A stretch of 32,596 bases of DNA from Gammaproteobacteria bacterium (GTDB lineage: Bacteria; Pseudomonadota; Gammaproteobacteria; Steroidobacterales; Rariloculaceae). This document shows, one piece after another, positions 1 to 8,705 of this stretch (position 1 is the first letter of the stretch; the number at the start of each line of letters is the position of its first letter). Where the stretch lies: assembly GCA_004357505.1 (NCBI GenBank), contig SMWC01000113.1, forward strand, positions 1 through 32,596, read 5' to 3'. The notes beneath the pieces are model-generated. The model worked only from the letters and a program-made list of their open reading frames with translations, ran no database searches and was not told where the DNA came from. Made by a program: the position numbers and the translations under genes.

Positions 1-1062
1 AGCCTGCCGTGGCTGTCATGGCTCGGGCCCTACGTTTGGCTGCAAGCGATCATCATCGTCGTCGTCAGTCTGGCTCTCGCCGTTGCCTCTGAGAGGCTCA
101 TCGTCACGACCATCGGAAAGCTCGCCAAAAAAACCCAGAGTCAACTTGACGACCGGATTATTGAGGCGCTAAGACGGCCACTTTTCGTCAGTATCTTCTT
201 CATCGGCCTCGCCGTGGCAACCTACCGGCTGGAACTCGCGCCGACTCTGACGAGCGTCACGCTGGCGTGCCTGGGCACGATCGCGACGTTCATCTGGTTG
301 GGATTTCTGATCCGACTGGCCGGGGAGGTGTTGGCGATCCTGAGCCGAATCAGCGGCAGATACGAGTTCGTGCAGCCGAGCACGCTACCGTTGTTCGACA
401 ACTCGGCCAAGCTCATATTGATGCTGGGCGCGCTGTATTTCATCTTTCTGGCCTGGGGCATCAATGTCAGCGCGTTGCTCGCCTCAGCCGGTATCATCGG
501 CTTGGCCTTGAGCTTTGGCGCCCAGGACGCGCTCGCGAATATCTTCGGCGGCATGTCGATTCTCGCAGACCGTCCATACCAGGTCGGTGACTACATCACC
601 TTGGACACCGGCGAGCGAGGTGAAGTCACCCACATCGGTCTGCGTAGCACACGCCTGCTGACCCGCGATGACGTCGAAATCAGCATACCGAACAGCGTGA
701 TGGGTAACGCGAAGATCGTCAACGAGAGCGGCGGTCCCTACCAGAAGTTCAGAATTCGTATCAAGGTGGGCGTTGCTTACGGTAGCGACCTGGACGAGAT
801 CGAGCAGGTTCTCGTGCAAACGGCCATAGACCATGAGGAAATTTGCGACACGCCCGAGCCTCGCGTGCGTCTGCGCGGGTTCGGCAGCTCAAGCTTGGAT
901 TTCGAACTACTGGCGTGGGTGGAGCAGCCGGTGTTCAGAGGCCGCTTGGAACACGAGCTAAACTGTGCAGTCTATAAAGCCTTCGCTGCGAACGGCATTG
1001 AGATTCCGTTCCCGCAGCAAGACCTGCATATCAAGACCCCGAACCCGCAGCTCCCGTTGTAG
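1..1062 (+). CDS. MscS-family small-conductance mechanosensitive channel; 5' end lies outside the window
   Basis: Frame +1 has no stop from nt 1 to the TAG at 1060-1062, so the ORF-track start at 214 is only an internal GTG. Translating 1-213 gives hydrophobic helices plus KLAKKTQSQLDDRIIEALRRP. This is followed by GLALSFGAQDALANIFGGMSILADRPYQVGDYI...GEVTHIGLRSTRLLTRDDVEISIPNS, the pore-helix/beta-domain pattern of the MscS family. Confidence 0.85.
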   Translation, partial: SLPWLSWLGPYVWLQAIIIVVVSLALAVASERLIVTTIGKLAKKTQSQLDDRIIEALRRPLFVSIFFIGLAVATYRLELAPTLTSVTLACLGTIATFIWLGFLIRLAGEVLAILSRISGRYEFVQPSTLPLFDNSAKLILMLGALYFIFLAWGINVSALLASAGIIGLALSFGAQDALANIFGGMSILADRPYQVGDYITLDTGERGEVTHIGLRSTRLLTRDDVEISIPNSVMGNAKIVNESGGPYQKFRIRIKVGVAYGSDLDEIEQVLVQTAIDHEEICDTPEPRVRLRGFGSSSLDFELLAWVEQPVFRGRLEHELNCAVYKAFAANGIEIPFPQQDLHIKTPNPQLPL

Positions 1063-1678
1063 GATTTGCGTTATCGCGGTACTCGATCCCGGCCGGCAGC
1101 GAGATCTCCCCAAGCATGGGCTCGGGCACGAGCTCGAGACGCCGCGCGCTCGCTGGGAGTTGAACGTAGGGCAGCGCTACCGAAGCAGAGGGCGGGAGCT
1201 CGATAAAGTCGAGCGTCGCCGCTGACGGCTCGGCGTAACCAAGCTGCGTGGCCTGCACATTCTCTTGAGCGACTCGCCATTGCGCCTCGAACTCAGCGTC
1301 GGCCGTTACCTGCGCCGCCGCTTCGGCCCGCCGAGCAGCAGCTTGAGCGTAACCTTCACGGTCACGGACTGCAGCACGTAGGACGTCCGAATTTGCCTCC
1401 CGTTGCTCACGCAACTCCTCATCCGCACGAGCTGCTAGCGTCGACGCGGCGCGGCGCGCATTGATGCACTCGGCGTCGCCCGCCGTTGCTTCGCGGTCCT
1501 GATTGCAACGCGCGAGGGTGCCTTCCCTGGCGATGGAGTCGTCCATGAATTGCATGAAACTGCGTGGTCTGATCTCCGCAGAACAGCCTGCTAGATGGGG
1601 GGCGATGAGAACTAGAGATAGCAGCACGCCCCGCCTCAAGGCCTTTGCGCCGAACACAGCGATGTATCGAACCACCAT
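1031..1678 (-). CDS. Putative lipoprotein with an EexN-like two-Cys motif and an Ala/Arg/Glu-rich helical region
   Basis: Internal Met gives MVVRYIAVFGAKALRRGVLLSLVLIAPHLAGC, a signal peptide with a lipobox Cys. Next comes SFMQFMDDSIAREGTLARCNQDREATAGDAECINARRAA, which resembles the C-x(n)-C-x-NA motif of EexN-family lipoproteins. The rest is low-complexity helical sequence. The start is chosen by signal-peptide logic; the ORF extends to 1729. Its 3' end overlaps the mscS 3' end by 32 nt (convergent). Confidence 0.5.
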   Translation of the reverse strand: MVVRYIAVFGAKALRRGVLLSLVLIAPHLAGCSAEIRPRSFMQFMDDSIAREGTLARCNQDREATAGDAECINARRAASTLAARADEELREQREANSDVLRAAVRDREGYAQAAARRAEAAAQVTADAEFEAQWRVAQENVQATQLGYAEPSAATLDFIELPPSASVALPYVQLPASARRLELVPEPMLGEISLPAGIEYRDNANPTTGAAGSGS

Positions 1679-1817
1679 AGGCCTTATCTTGCTCCTCGCG
1701 AGATCTGTCTGATTGCTTGTCACGCCCAACTAGCGTATCGCGCCAAGTCGCGGCGACTGTGGCACTAGTTCACAGATTTGACCGAAGAAAGCTAAAAAAC
1801 CGCGGAACTATCAGGTA

Positions 1818-4800
1818 TTACGGCTGCCTGTCGACCACGGCGCCGGTCGGGTCTAGTACCAGTCCGAGCAGGTCGGGCCAGTCTCGGCTCAACAGAGCAG
1901 CGCCCGCCGGCAGCGCCTTCGCCGCGGGCTCAGCGAGACTGAGCTCGTAATACATCAGCCGCCCGAGACCGCGGCCGCCCACCAGGCGAAGTTGCTCGCC
2001 GCGCGGCGTGGCGATCGCCGCACCTGCCTCCAGACCCGCTGCGAGTAGATGGCTGTCATAGACGGCTAGGTTCTCGCCAGTGATCAACAGCCGGTGCACC
2101 CAGTGGTCGGTCTGGGCGATCAGGTACCCCCCAGCCTCGGTGAAGCCAACCCACCGTACCGGATGTGGAAAATTTCGTGGCTCACCCAGCGCCTCAACGT
2201 TGAGCGGATCCCAGAGCTGAACCCGACCCGAGGCATCTCCGGTCGCGAGCATGGCGCCGTCCGCTGAGAACGCCAGCGTCAACACGGCATCCTGGGCCCG
2301 CGCCGATTGCAGCGATAGCGAACCGGTCGGCGAGGCAATAAAAAGGTTGCCGGCACTGTCACCCACCGCTAACCGATCTGATTGAGGTGAGAACGTCACA
2401 GACAGCGCAGCACCGTTGACGGGTACCTCGCCGGATAGCTCACCGTCTGCGGCACTCCAGAGTCGCGCACTGTCGTCGGCGCCGCTGAGAATCCACTCAC
2501 CGTTTGGACTCAGCGCGACGTCGTGAACGGGGCCTTCGGGGTGACGCATGAATGGCGCCAGTGGCGCGCCGCTCGCGATAGCCCAGATTCGGACCACGCC
2601 GTCATCGCCACCACTGACGACGGCCCCCTGAGATGCATCGACCGTTATGCTACTAACACCGCCTTGATGCCCAATGTAATCGATGCCTTCGTCACTTTGG
2701 GAGCCGCTTTGCAGCTGACTCGCCGTAAGAACCTGCACATGGCCGTCGCGAAACCCTAGCGCAGCGAGTCGCCCAGCTCGGTCGAGCGCGAGTGCAGAGA
2801 TATCCAGATCCGTGCCGGTTCCAGGGTCCTTATCGTCCCACCGCCAAAGCTGCAGAAGCGATCCACCAGCGGTTAGCAGATGGCTGCCGTCTGGGGCGAG
2901 CCGAGTTCGAATTCCGCCGTCGAGCTGATGAACACGCACATTCAGCGGTTCGCGCTCACCCGCAAGGTCCCGAATGACCACATGACCGTGTAGCGCTTCG
3001 AAGGCGACCGCGGAACCATCCGCAGCGACGCTAACGCTCTGGGGATCCACGGTCATCCCTAGGCGTCGGCGCTCCGGCACTGCCGCATCGGTGTTGCCAA
3101 GGGTCCAGACGAAGATATCGCCGCCGTCATCGACGCTGACCAACAGATCGCCGGTCTCCACGGCTATCAACCGCACCGGGTCCCGGTCATGGGGAAGCTC
3201 CGCCAGAATATCGCCGCGACGCGGATCCATGAGGCGAACGACGCGCGTCGGTCCGAGCAAAGCCAGATAACGCGCCTGCGGTCCCAAGACCCAATCGCGA
3301 ACACCCGCGATACCTGTCACGCTCGCGACCAGCTCACCGTCTGCAGTCCGTAGGAGACTGTAGAGGGGCGCTTGCAGGGACAACTGCTCGGCGATCGCTA
3401 TGTAATCACCATTGGCGCCGACCGCCGGCGGTAACAAAAATCCGGTCTGCGTCGCGACGCGGGCGACGGGCAAGCCCTCGTCCGTGTCCCAGAGCGTCAG
3501 CGTATTACCGGCGACGACCAGTAGCCTTGCGGCATTGTCGGCCAGGGCTAGGAATTCCGGTGTTGTATCGAACTCCAGATCTTTAACCGCACCGGCGGCG
3601 CGCAGATCCCAGAGTGCCAGCGTACCGACCGCCCCTGCTCGCGATGGGCGAGCGACGGCCAAACGCCCGTTCGAGCTGACCGTCACTTCGACCTGATCGG
3701 TGCGAACTGGATCGGAAATTGTCAGATCCGGATCAGGGTCGTCATTCCAGCCGCGAAGCTCCTCGGCGAACAGCAGGCCCCAGCGCATCAATCGCCCGAC
3801 AACGCCTTCCTTTCGATCGACGAGCGTCAGGCGCCACACCCCCTGGCGGTCCGCATCAGCCAGGCTCGCCAACGGCGAGCGCCCGATAGCTCGGAACTCG
3901 CGATGGTCTGCGACGCTCATGGGCAGCGTGAAGCTCGCCCGTGCACCGCCAGGTGCTTCAAGAGAAACCAGGACTTGCTCGTCGTCGAGATGTACGACGT
4001 CAAGTTCGAGTAAGAACGCGCCTGCCGAGCCGGGCTCGTCAACGCTGAGCTCACGACGGATCGGCAGGTGTTGCAAGGCTGTCAGCCCGCCAACAAACTC
4101 CATCTCGCTGGAGTCGTTCAGCGAGAGCCGCCGCATACTGTGATCCGGGGCTACGAGGACAAGTTCTTGCGATTCCCAGTCGACTTCCCAATGCGCAGGA
4201 GCCTCGGCCAAGCGGAAAGTCCGTCGCAGGGAGCCGTAGTCCGCACTAATTAATTGCGTCGCGAGTGATCTTGCCGGCTCTCCCTGACCCGGAATCGCCG
4301 CCGATGCCAACAGCAGCGCCTCGTCTCGACGCTCGGCTCGAGCAGCCTCTGTTGCACGTCTGAGCCAATAGGCCCCCTTGAGCTCTTCAGCCAGCTCTTG
4401 TCGATCCGGCAGGCTGCGTAACAGGTCATCCGCGGCCTGAATTTGTGCGAAGGTGTCCGCGCGCCGGCTGTGATAGATCAGGATTTCTGTGAGCAGTCCG
4501 TCTGCGTCCGCACCGAAACCTGGCAGGCGATGCAGGCGTCGATAGGTATCCACAGCACGATCCAGCGGCTGGCTCACGACCGACAGCGATTCAATGTAGG
4601 GCTGAGGAAGGACCTGCGTGTACCACCACGGAATCAAAATCATCGCGCCGGTCAAAACCGCCGCCACGAAAGCGCCGCGCCAGTTGAACGGCAGCGCGCT
4701 GCTGACCCAACGAGGGCCGAAGACAGTCCTGAAGAGCAGATTCCGCAGCGTCAACATGCCGTTGGAACCCATCGCCACCACCCCGGCCAGACGCAAAGCC

Positions 4801-5780
4801 TGTTGCGGAGCAGACCCCTGCTCCTCGGGCACTTTGGCACCTCGGCTGAGTTTGCCGAGTAGGGCCAACGCCTGGCGATTTCGCGGCGCGCGCCGAGTCA
4901 GGAGTGCGCGTATATGATTTAAGAGCGGCTCCTCGCCCCTGGCGCCTTCGGCTAGAAACCGCTCGCGCACGACCAGATTCACGTCCTCAGGCTTCCCGCC
5001 GCGGCGTACCACACCGCGGGCGATCTTCTGTGTCAGATAAGGTTGACCGCTAACCCAAGAATAGATATCAGCCAGCAATGCGTACACGCGGTCCTTTTCC
5101 GCCGCGAAACCCGCAGCCAACCTGTAGGTCTCTTGCAGCGTGAAGTCCTCAAGTTCGATGCTCGTACCTAGATCGAAAGGCGAGACGCTGCGATCCGGGG
5201 CTAGCTGCTGCGGAGTCGCAACGCCGAGCACGACGAAATTCAGCCGACCAAAATCAGGCTCTGTCGTCCGAGAGTTATAGCAACTGTGAATCGCCGTGAA
5301 GAGCTCCTTTGAAAACGGCAACTCCACGGCGCGCTCGACCTCGTCAAAGAAGATCGTGACCGGCGCCGTCGTATTGGTGAGAATGACCTCCCAGAAAAAT
5401 TCCGCCAACCGCTCGTCGTTCATCAGTGCATTTTTTTCCTGCCACCAGGTCTGTAGCTCGACCTTAAGCCGGAGCTGACGCACGATGCGGTACGCGATGC
5501 TGTAGTACCAACGCCCGGGTTCCTCGCTCTCGCCTCTCGCCCCGATCTGGGTCAGGTCGACGACCGCCGCGATCTGTCCCTCTGCGCGCAGGGTCTTGAC
5601 GGTGCGCCCCATGAGGCTCGATTTACCGCTGGCTCTGGGGCCTAGAACGTAACAGAAGCGTTGATCTCTGAGTTCCTGACACAGCGCCTCGTCGCTATCC
5701 CTCTCGATATAACATGGCCGATCAGGCTGGACCGGGCCGGCCGCAACGAAGAAATCGCCTGTATGGATCACGCTTGCCAC
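1818..5780 (-). CDS. 1320-aa AAA-like (STAND-like) ATPase / predicted TM helix / proprotein-convertase-type P-domain / WD40 beta-propeller protein
   Basis: GTG start at 5780 is preceded by AAGGAG with a 9-nt spacer. Walker A is GPRASGKS (aa 47-54) and Walker B is TIFFDEVE (aa 142-149), in an AAA-like-domain context (YIERDSDEAL...LGPRASGKSSLM). A single hydrophobic segment GAFVAAVLTGAMILIPWWY spans aa 369-387. A P-domain-like segment reads LELDVVHLDDEQVLVSLEAPGG...GVWRLTLVDRKEGVVGRLMRWGLLF (aa ~572-671). The C-terminal ~500 aa carry repeated WD40 units, e.g. GHQGGVSSITVDASQGAVVSGGDDGVVRIW and HPEGPVHDVALSPNGEWILSGADDSARLW. Confidence 0.85.
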   Translation of the reverse strand: MASVIHTGDFFVAAGPVQPDRPCYIERDSDEALCQELRDQRFCYVLGPRASGKSSLMGRTVKTLRAEGQIAAVVDLTQIGARGESEEPGRWYYSIAYRIVRQLRLKVELQTWWQEKNALMNDERLAEFFWEVILTNTTAPVTIFFDEVERAVELPFSKELFTAIHSCYNSRTTEPDFGRLNFVVLGVATPQQLAPDRSVSPFDLGTSIELEDFTLQETYRLAAGFAAEKDRVYALLADIYSWVSGQPYLTQKIARGVVRRGGKPEDVNLVVRERFLAEGARGEEPLLNHIRALLTRRAPRNRQALALLGKLSRGAKVPEEQGSAPQQALRLAGVVAMGSNGMLTLRNLLFRTVFGPRWVSSALPFNWRGAFVAAVLTGAMILIPWWYTQVLPQPYIESLSVVSQPLDRAVDTYRRLHRLPGFGADADGLLTEILIYHSRRADTFAQIQAADDLLRSLPDRQELAEELKGAYWLRRATEAARAERRDEALLLASAAIPGQGEPARSLATQLISADYGSLRRTFRLAEAPAHWEVDWESQELVLVAPDHSMRRLSLNDSSEMEFVGGLTALQHLPIRRELSVDEPGSAGAFLLELDVVHLDDEQVLVSLEAPGGARASFTLPMSVADHREFRAIGRSPLASLADADRQGVWRLTLVDRKEGVVGRLMRWGLLFAEELRGWNDDPDPDLTISDPVRTDQVEVTVSSNGRLAVARPSRAGAVGTLALWDLRAAGAVKDLEFDTTPEFLALADNAARLLVVAGNTLTLWDTDEGLPVARVATQTGFLLPPAVGANGDYIAIAEQLSLQAPLYSLLRTADGELVASVTGIAGVRDWVLGPQARYLALLGPTRVVRLMDPRRGDILAELPHDRDPVRLIAVETGDLLVSVDDGGDIFVWTLGNTDAAVPERRRLGMTVDPQSVSVAADGSAVAFEALHGHVVIRDLAGEREPLNVRVHQLDGGIRTRLAPDGSHLLTAGGSLLQLWRWDDKDPGTGTDLDISALALDRAGRLAALGFRDGHVQVLTASQLQSGSQSDEGIDYIGHQGGVSSITVDASQGAVVSGGDDGVVRIWAIASGAPLAPFMRHPEGPVHDVALSPNGEWILSGADDSARLWSAADGELSGEVPVNGAALSVTFSPQSDRLAVGDSAGNLFIASPTGSLSLQSARAQDAVLTLAFSADGAMLATGDASGRVQLWDPLNVEALGEPRNFPHPVRWVGFTEAGGYLIAQTDHWVHRLLITGENLAVYDSHLLAAGLEAGAAIATPRGEQLRLVGGRGLGRLMYYELSLAEPAAKALPAGAALLSRDWPDLLGLVLDPTGAVVDRQP

Positions 5781-5888
5781 CGAATCCCGCTCCTTTCGGC
5801 TCCCAGAAGGTCGTGCCCGCCGCGTTCGCGGACCGGGCAGATTGTAGCAGGCGCGTGAGCTATCATTGCCGCCGGGACTCTCTACCCG

Positions 5889-6167
5889 TTGGAATCTTTA
5901 GGCATGACGATCTGCCATTCCCACAATTTGACTCGAAAATCCACGCACTCGAAACCTTACGGCATTCGCGTGAGCCTACCGGCCGGGGATTCACTCAATC
6001 GTCTTCTCGGTGAGGACTGGGAGCAGTATCACTGGTTCGCAACGGCGGAGGAGCGGGACACCGTACTGGCAGATATGGCCAGCGAACACCTCTATTCGCG
6101 GCGAGGTGACCGGCCCCATGTCATCCATGAGACGGTAGAGGCCTCCAAAGAGTCGGAATCCGGCTGA
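5889..6167 (+). CDS. Small hypothetical protein (92 aa from TTG; 87 aa if it starts at ATG 5904)
   Basis: Open frame divergent from the AAA/WD40 gene, with codon third positions moderately GC-rich. I recognise no motif and see no convincing RBS. Confidence 0.35.
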   Translation: MESLGMTICHSHNLTRKSTHSKPYGIRVSLPAGDSLNRLLGEDWEQYHWFATAEERDTVLADMASEHLYSRRGDRPHVIHETVEASKESESG

Positions 6168-6266
6168 CTCGCTCGTATAATACCCGCCCTTTGTAGCCCT
6201 GCCGGCACCCTACGTCGATTGGTTCGGGGACAGCGTCGACACGATAGCTTGCTGGAGACTGATGAC

Positions 6267-7637
6267 ATGGTCGATCTGATGAAGATTGCGCGGACCGAGG
6301 CCAGCGGCGGCGATCTGCTAGGGCTCCTTGGGAGCCTGTTCGAGCCCGCCGACATCCGGCCCGCGGGCTATCCTGACGCCGTGATCTGGCAGGGCGGGCA
6401 CCCTGACGAGAACGTCAATGCAGTCGCCCACTCGCTGACAGATGCTTACGCGCTACTCGGAACGATCGCAGCCATTGACATCCTCGGACTCCCCTTCTAC
6501 GCGGTACCCATGTGGGCGCAGTATCGTCACGATCTGAAGCTAGAGCCCTTGAGTTGGTTCGGCCACATGCCCTGCACATCGATCAAGTGGTCGACTGCCG
6601 GCGATGCCTACGTCGATGATGGCAGCGGTAAGAAAGTCGTTGTGATGGGTAAATCCGGCAATGCGCCGCTGCGCACCCAGGCTGGCGTGTACTGCAACGT
6701 CCGCCCCTACGGTCCAATCACCGTCGTCCGCTGCATGCCGGCCCTCCCGTACTCTCAGGATAGGGCAGCCTTCGACGTCAGCGCAGAAACCGGAGTCATT
6801 CACTCTGAAATGAACACGCCGGGCGTGCAGATAGCGTATGCCAACCGTCGCTTTCTGAAGATGGTGCACGAGACCGGTCACCTCGGTCGCGTTGCCTTCA
6901 AGCCGACTCAGGCGATGGAGGACGGCGTCAATGCCGGGCTCCTGTCGTGGCTTCTGCAAGGCACGAAGTTCAACATTGGCCGAAAGTACACCGTGGACGG
7001 CTATGTCGAGCACCGCAAACTCGTAGACCGCATCATCGCGCTCCTGCCTGCAGACTTCAAAGACGGGATGGACAGCTGGAGCGGACAGATCGAGCAGCAC
7101 ATTGCCGATACCAACTACGGGCTGCTTCTTTGGGACCTCATTCAGAAGCAGGACACGATTGTCATCGCAACCGATCTCGATGGCGACCGTCTCACCGATC
7201 TACTCGCAGACGTGTCCGATCCGCTGCGCGCGTACGGGCAGCGGATCATCGATCACCTCGGCGTAGATGCCGAGATGAACGACCTCTGGGGCGAGATGGG
7301 CTATACGACGGGCAATGGCCGTGACATGACGTCGATCATGTACCGCATCAAGGGCCCGCCGATTCACGAGCAGACCCTAGGTTCGGCCGACGCTATGCTG
7401 CGGAGGTTGCTAAATGGCGACGAGTCGATGGGCGGTACGAAACGTCCCTATGACCCGCGCATCCACTTCGTCCTGATCCGCAACGCCTATCGGGACGCGA
7501 ATCCGGATAATCAGGCACTTCACAGCTGGCTCGACCAGGCTCTCGCTACCTTCGACGAAGTGTATTCCGGCGAGCGCCCTGGGTTCTTGGAGGGCTACGA
7601 GCAACTCGTGGCCGCGATTAGGCCCTGGGGCACGTGA
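6267..7637 (+). CDS. Hypothetical cytoplasmic protein with a single HExxH motif (possible zinc metallopeptidase)
   Basis: The ORF track starts at TTG 6219. ATG 6267 is preferred because GGAGA lies 8 nt upstream. The motif is KMVHETGHLGRVAF (HETGH). No signal peptide, and no other family signature that I recognise. Confidence 0.6.
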   Translation: MVDLMKIARTEASGGDLLGLLGSLFEPADIRPAGYPDAVIWQGGHPDENVNAVAHSLTDAYALLGTIAAIDILGLPFYAVPMWAQYRHDLKLEPLSWFGHMPCTSIKWSTAGDAYVDDGSGKKVVVMGKSGNAPLRTQAGVYCNVRPYGPITVVRCMPALPYSQDRAAFDVSAETGVIHSEMNTPGVQIAYANRRFLKMVHETGHLGRVAFKPTQAMEDGVNAGLLSWLLQGTKFNIGRKYTVDGYVEHRKLVDRIIALLPADFKDGMDSWSGQIEQHIADTNYGLLLWDLIQKQDTIVIATDLDGDRLTDLLADVSDPLRAYGQRIIDHLGVDAEMNDLWGEMGYTTGNGRDMTSIMYRIKGPPIHEQTLGSADAMLRRLLNGDESMGGTKRPYDPRIHFVLIRNAYRDANPDNQALHSWLDQALATFDEVYSGERPGFLEGYEQLVAAIRPWGT

Positions 7638-7649
7638 TCCGGTGCCGGG

Positions 7650-8663
7650 TTAAACGCGCGGCTGAACTGCGTCCCGCCCACCGAGTGCCTTGATCGTCGG
7701 GCTGTTATCCAGCGCGTCTGCCTCGACGGAAGCGGCGCGCAGTTTCAGATGGGCGAACACCGTTCGGCCGCCCGAGATTCTGGACTGATCCACGGGGCGC
7801 ATTGCTTCCCCGGGGATGCGGACTGCCGGCAGAAGTTTCAAGCGCACCGAGCCGCGCACGTTGCCGCCAATGGCGAGGATGCGTTCGTTCGCTTCGTCCA
7901 CTTTCACGACAATGTCGCAATGGGTCCGGGCGCTAGCGCCTAAATGGAGCCGCCGTTCATCAAGCGTACGATAGGCCGCCCGTCGCGCGGTGCAAAGGAG
8001 ATCGCCCGGCTCGATGACCGCCTCGCCAACATCGTAGGCCGCAAACGCAGTCTGCGGCTGACCTTCGTCGCGAGCACGAATGGCTTGGTCGATATAGACA
8101 TGGTGCGCGATAGCGTGGCGGAAACGACTTGAGTCGCCGAGGCCGCTCTCGCACATCACCCACGAAACGAATGCTGCCGACCAGGGATCTCGCCAGCGTG
8201 CGGCGACTCCGCTCGGCCCGTTCCACGCCCGGTTCTGTCGATCAAGGATCCAGCTACCATCCGGCGTTACGGTCCAGTAACCAGCAATGGAGTCGGCGAC
8301 GCGCGCCGCTTCCGCTGCCCCGAGCCGTGGAGGCCGGCGTAACGAGCGTGGTGCTCCGGAATCGGCGCTGTCCGGGTTCGTCTGATCGACGATGTGAAAG
8401 CCAAAGAAGCCCCATTCTTGTACAGCGACGTCGACGATACGGCGCCGAACCTCAGCAGTGGAAAAAGTCCGGCACGAACCCTGCTGGATCGTCATCTCAC
8501 CAGGCGCGCCGCTGACGCGCGCGGACGGCGGCACGACATCCAACACGTCGGCAGATAATCGATCGAACGACGCCAGCGCCGCATGACTGAACACAGCGGC
8601 GGTCAGCGCGATAGCCAACGGCAAAATAGAGCTCTTCATACCAATCCCGCTAGCGGATGACAT
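7650..8663 (-). CDS. Secreted DUF2272-like protein
   Basis: ATG 8663 is preceded by GGGAG with a 7-nt spacer. The signal peptide is MSSASGIGMKSSILPLAIALTAAVFSHAALA. Motifs VQEWGFFG, PWSAAFVSWVMCESGL, GDLLC..R, HCDIVV and AIGGNVRGSV match my recollection of the DUF2272 family; this is not verified by search. Confidence 0.6.
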   Translation of the reverse strand: MSSASGIGMKSSILPLAIALTAAVFSHAALASFDRLSADVLDVVPPSARVSGAPGEMTIQQGSCRTFSTAEVRRRIVDVAVQEWGFFGFHIVDQTNPDSADSGAPRSLRRPPRLGAAEAARVADSIAGYWTVTPDGSWILDRQNRAWNGPSGVAARWRDPWSAAFVSWVMCESGLGDSSRFRHAIAHHVYIDQAIRARDEGQPQTAFAAYDVGEAVIEPGDLLCTARRAAYRTLDERRLHLGASARTHCDIVVKVDEANERILAIGGNVRGSVRLKLLPAVRIPGEAMRPVDQSRISGGRTVFAHLKLRAASVEADALDNSPTIKALGGRDAVQPRV

Positions 8664-8705
8664 CCCCACTCTCCCACATTTTCAGGCACTAGTGCGAACC
8701 GCAGG

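Noticed and set aside
1031-8669. Accessory-looking block considered as a genomic island or mobile element
   Set aside because: There is no integrase, transposase, tRNA attachment site or flanking direct repeats in the window. No compositional shift is obvious by eye. Only the gene content is atypical.
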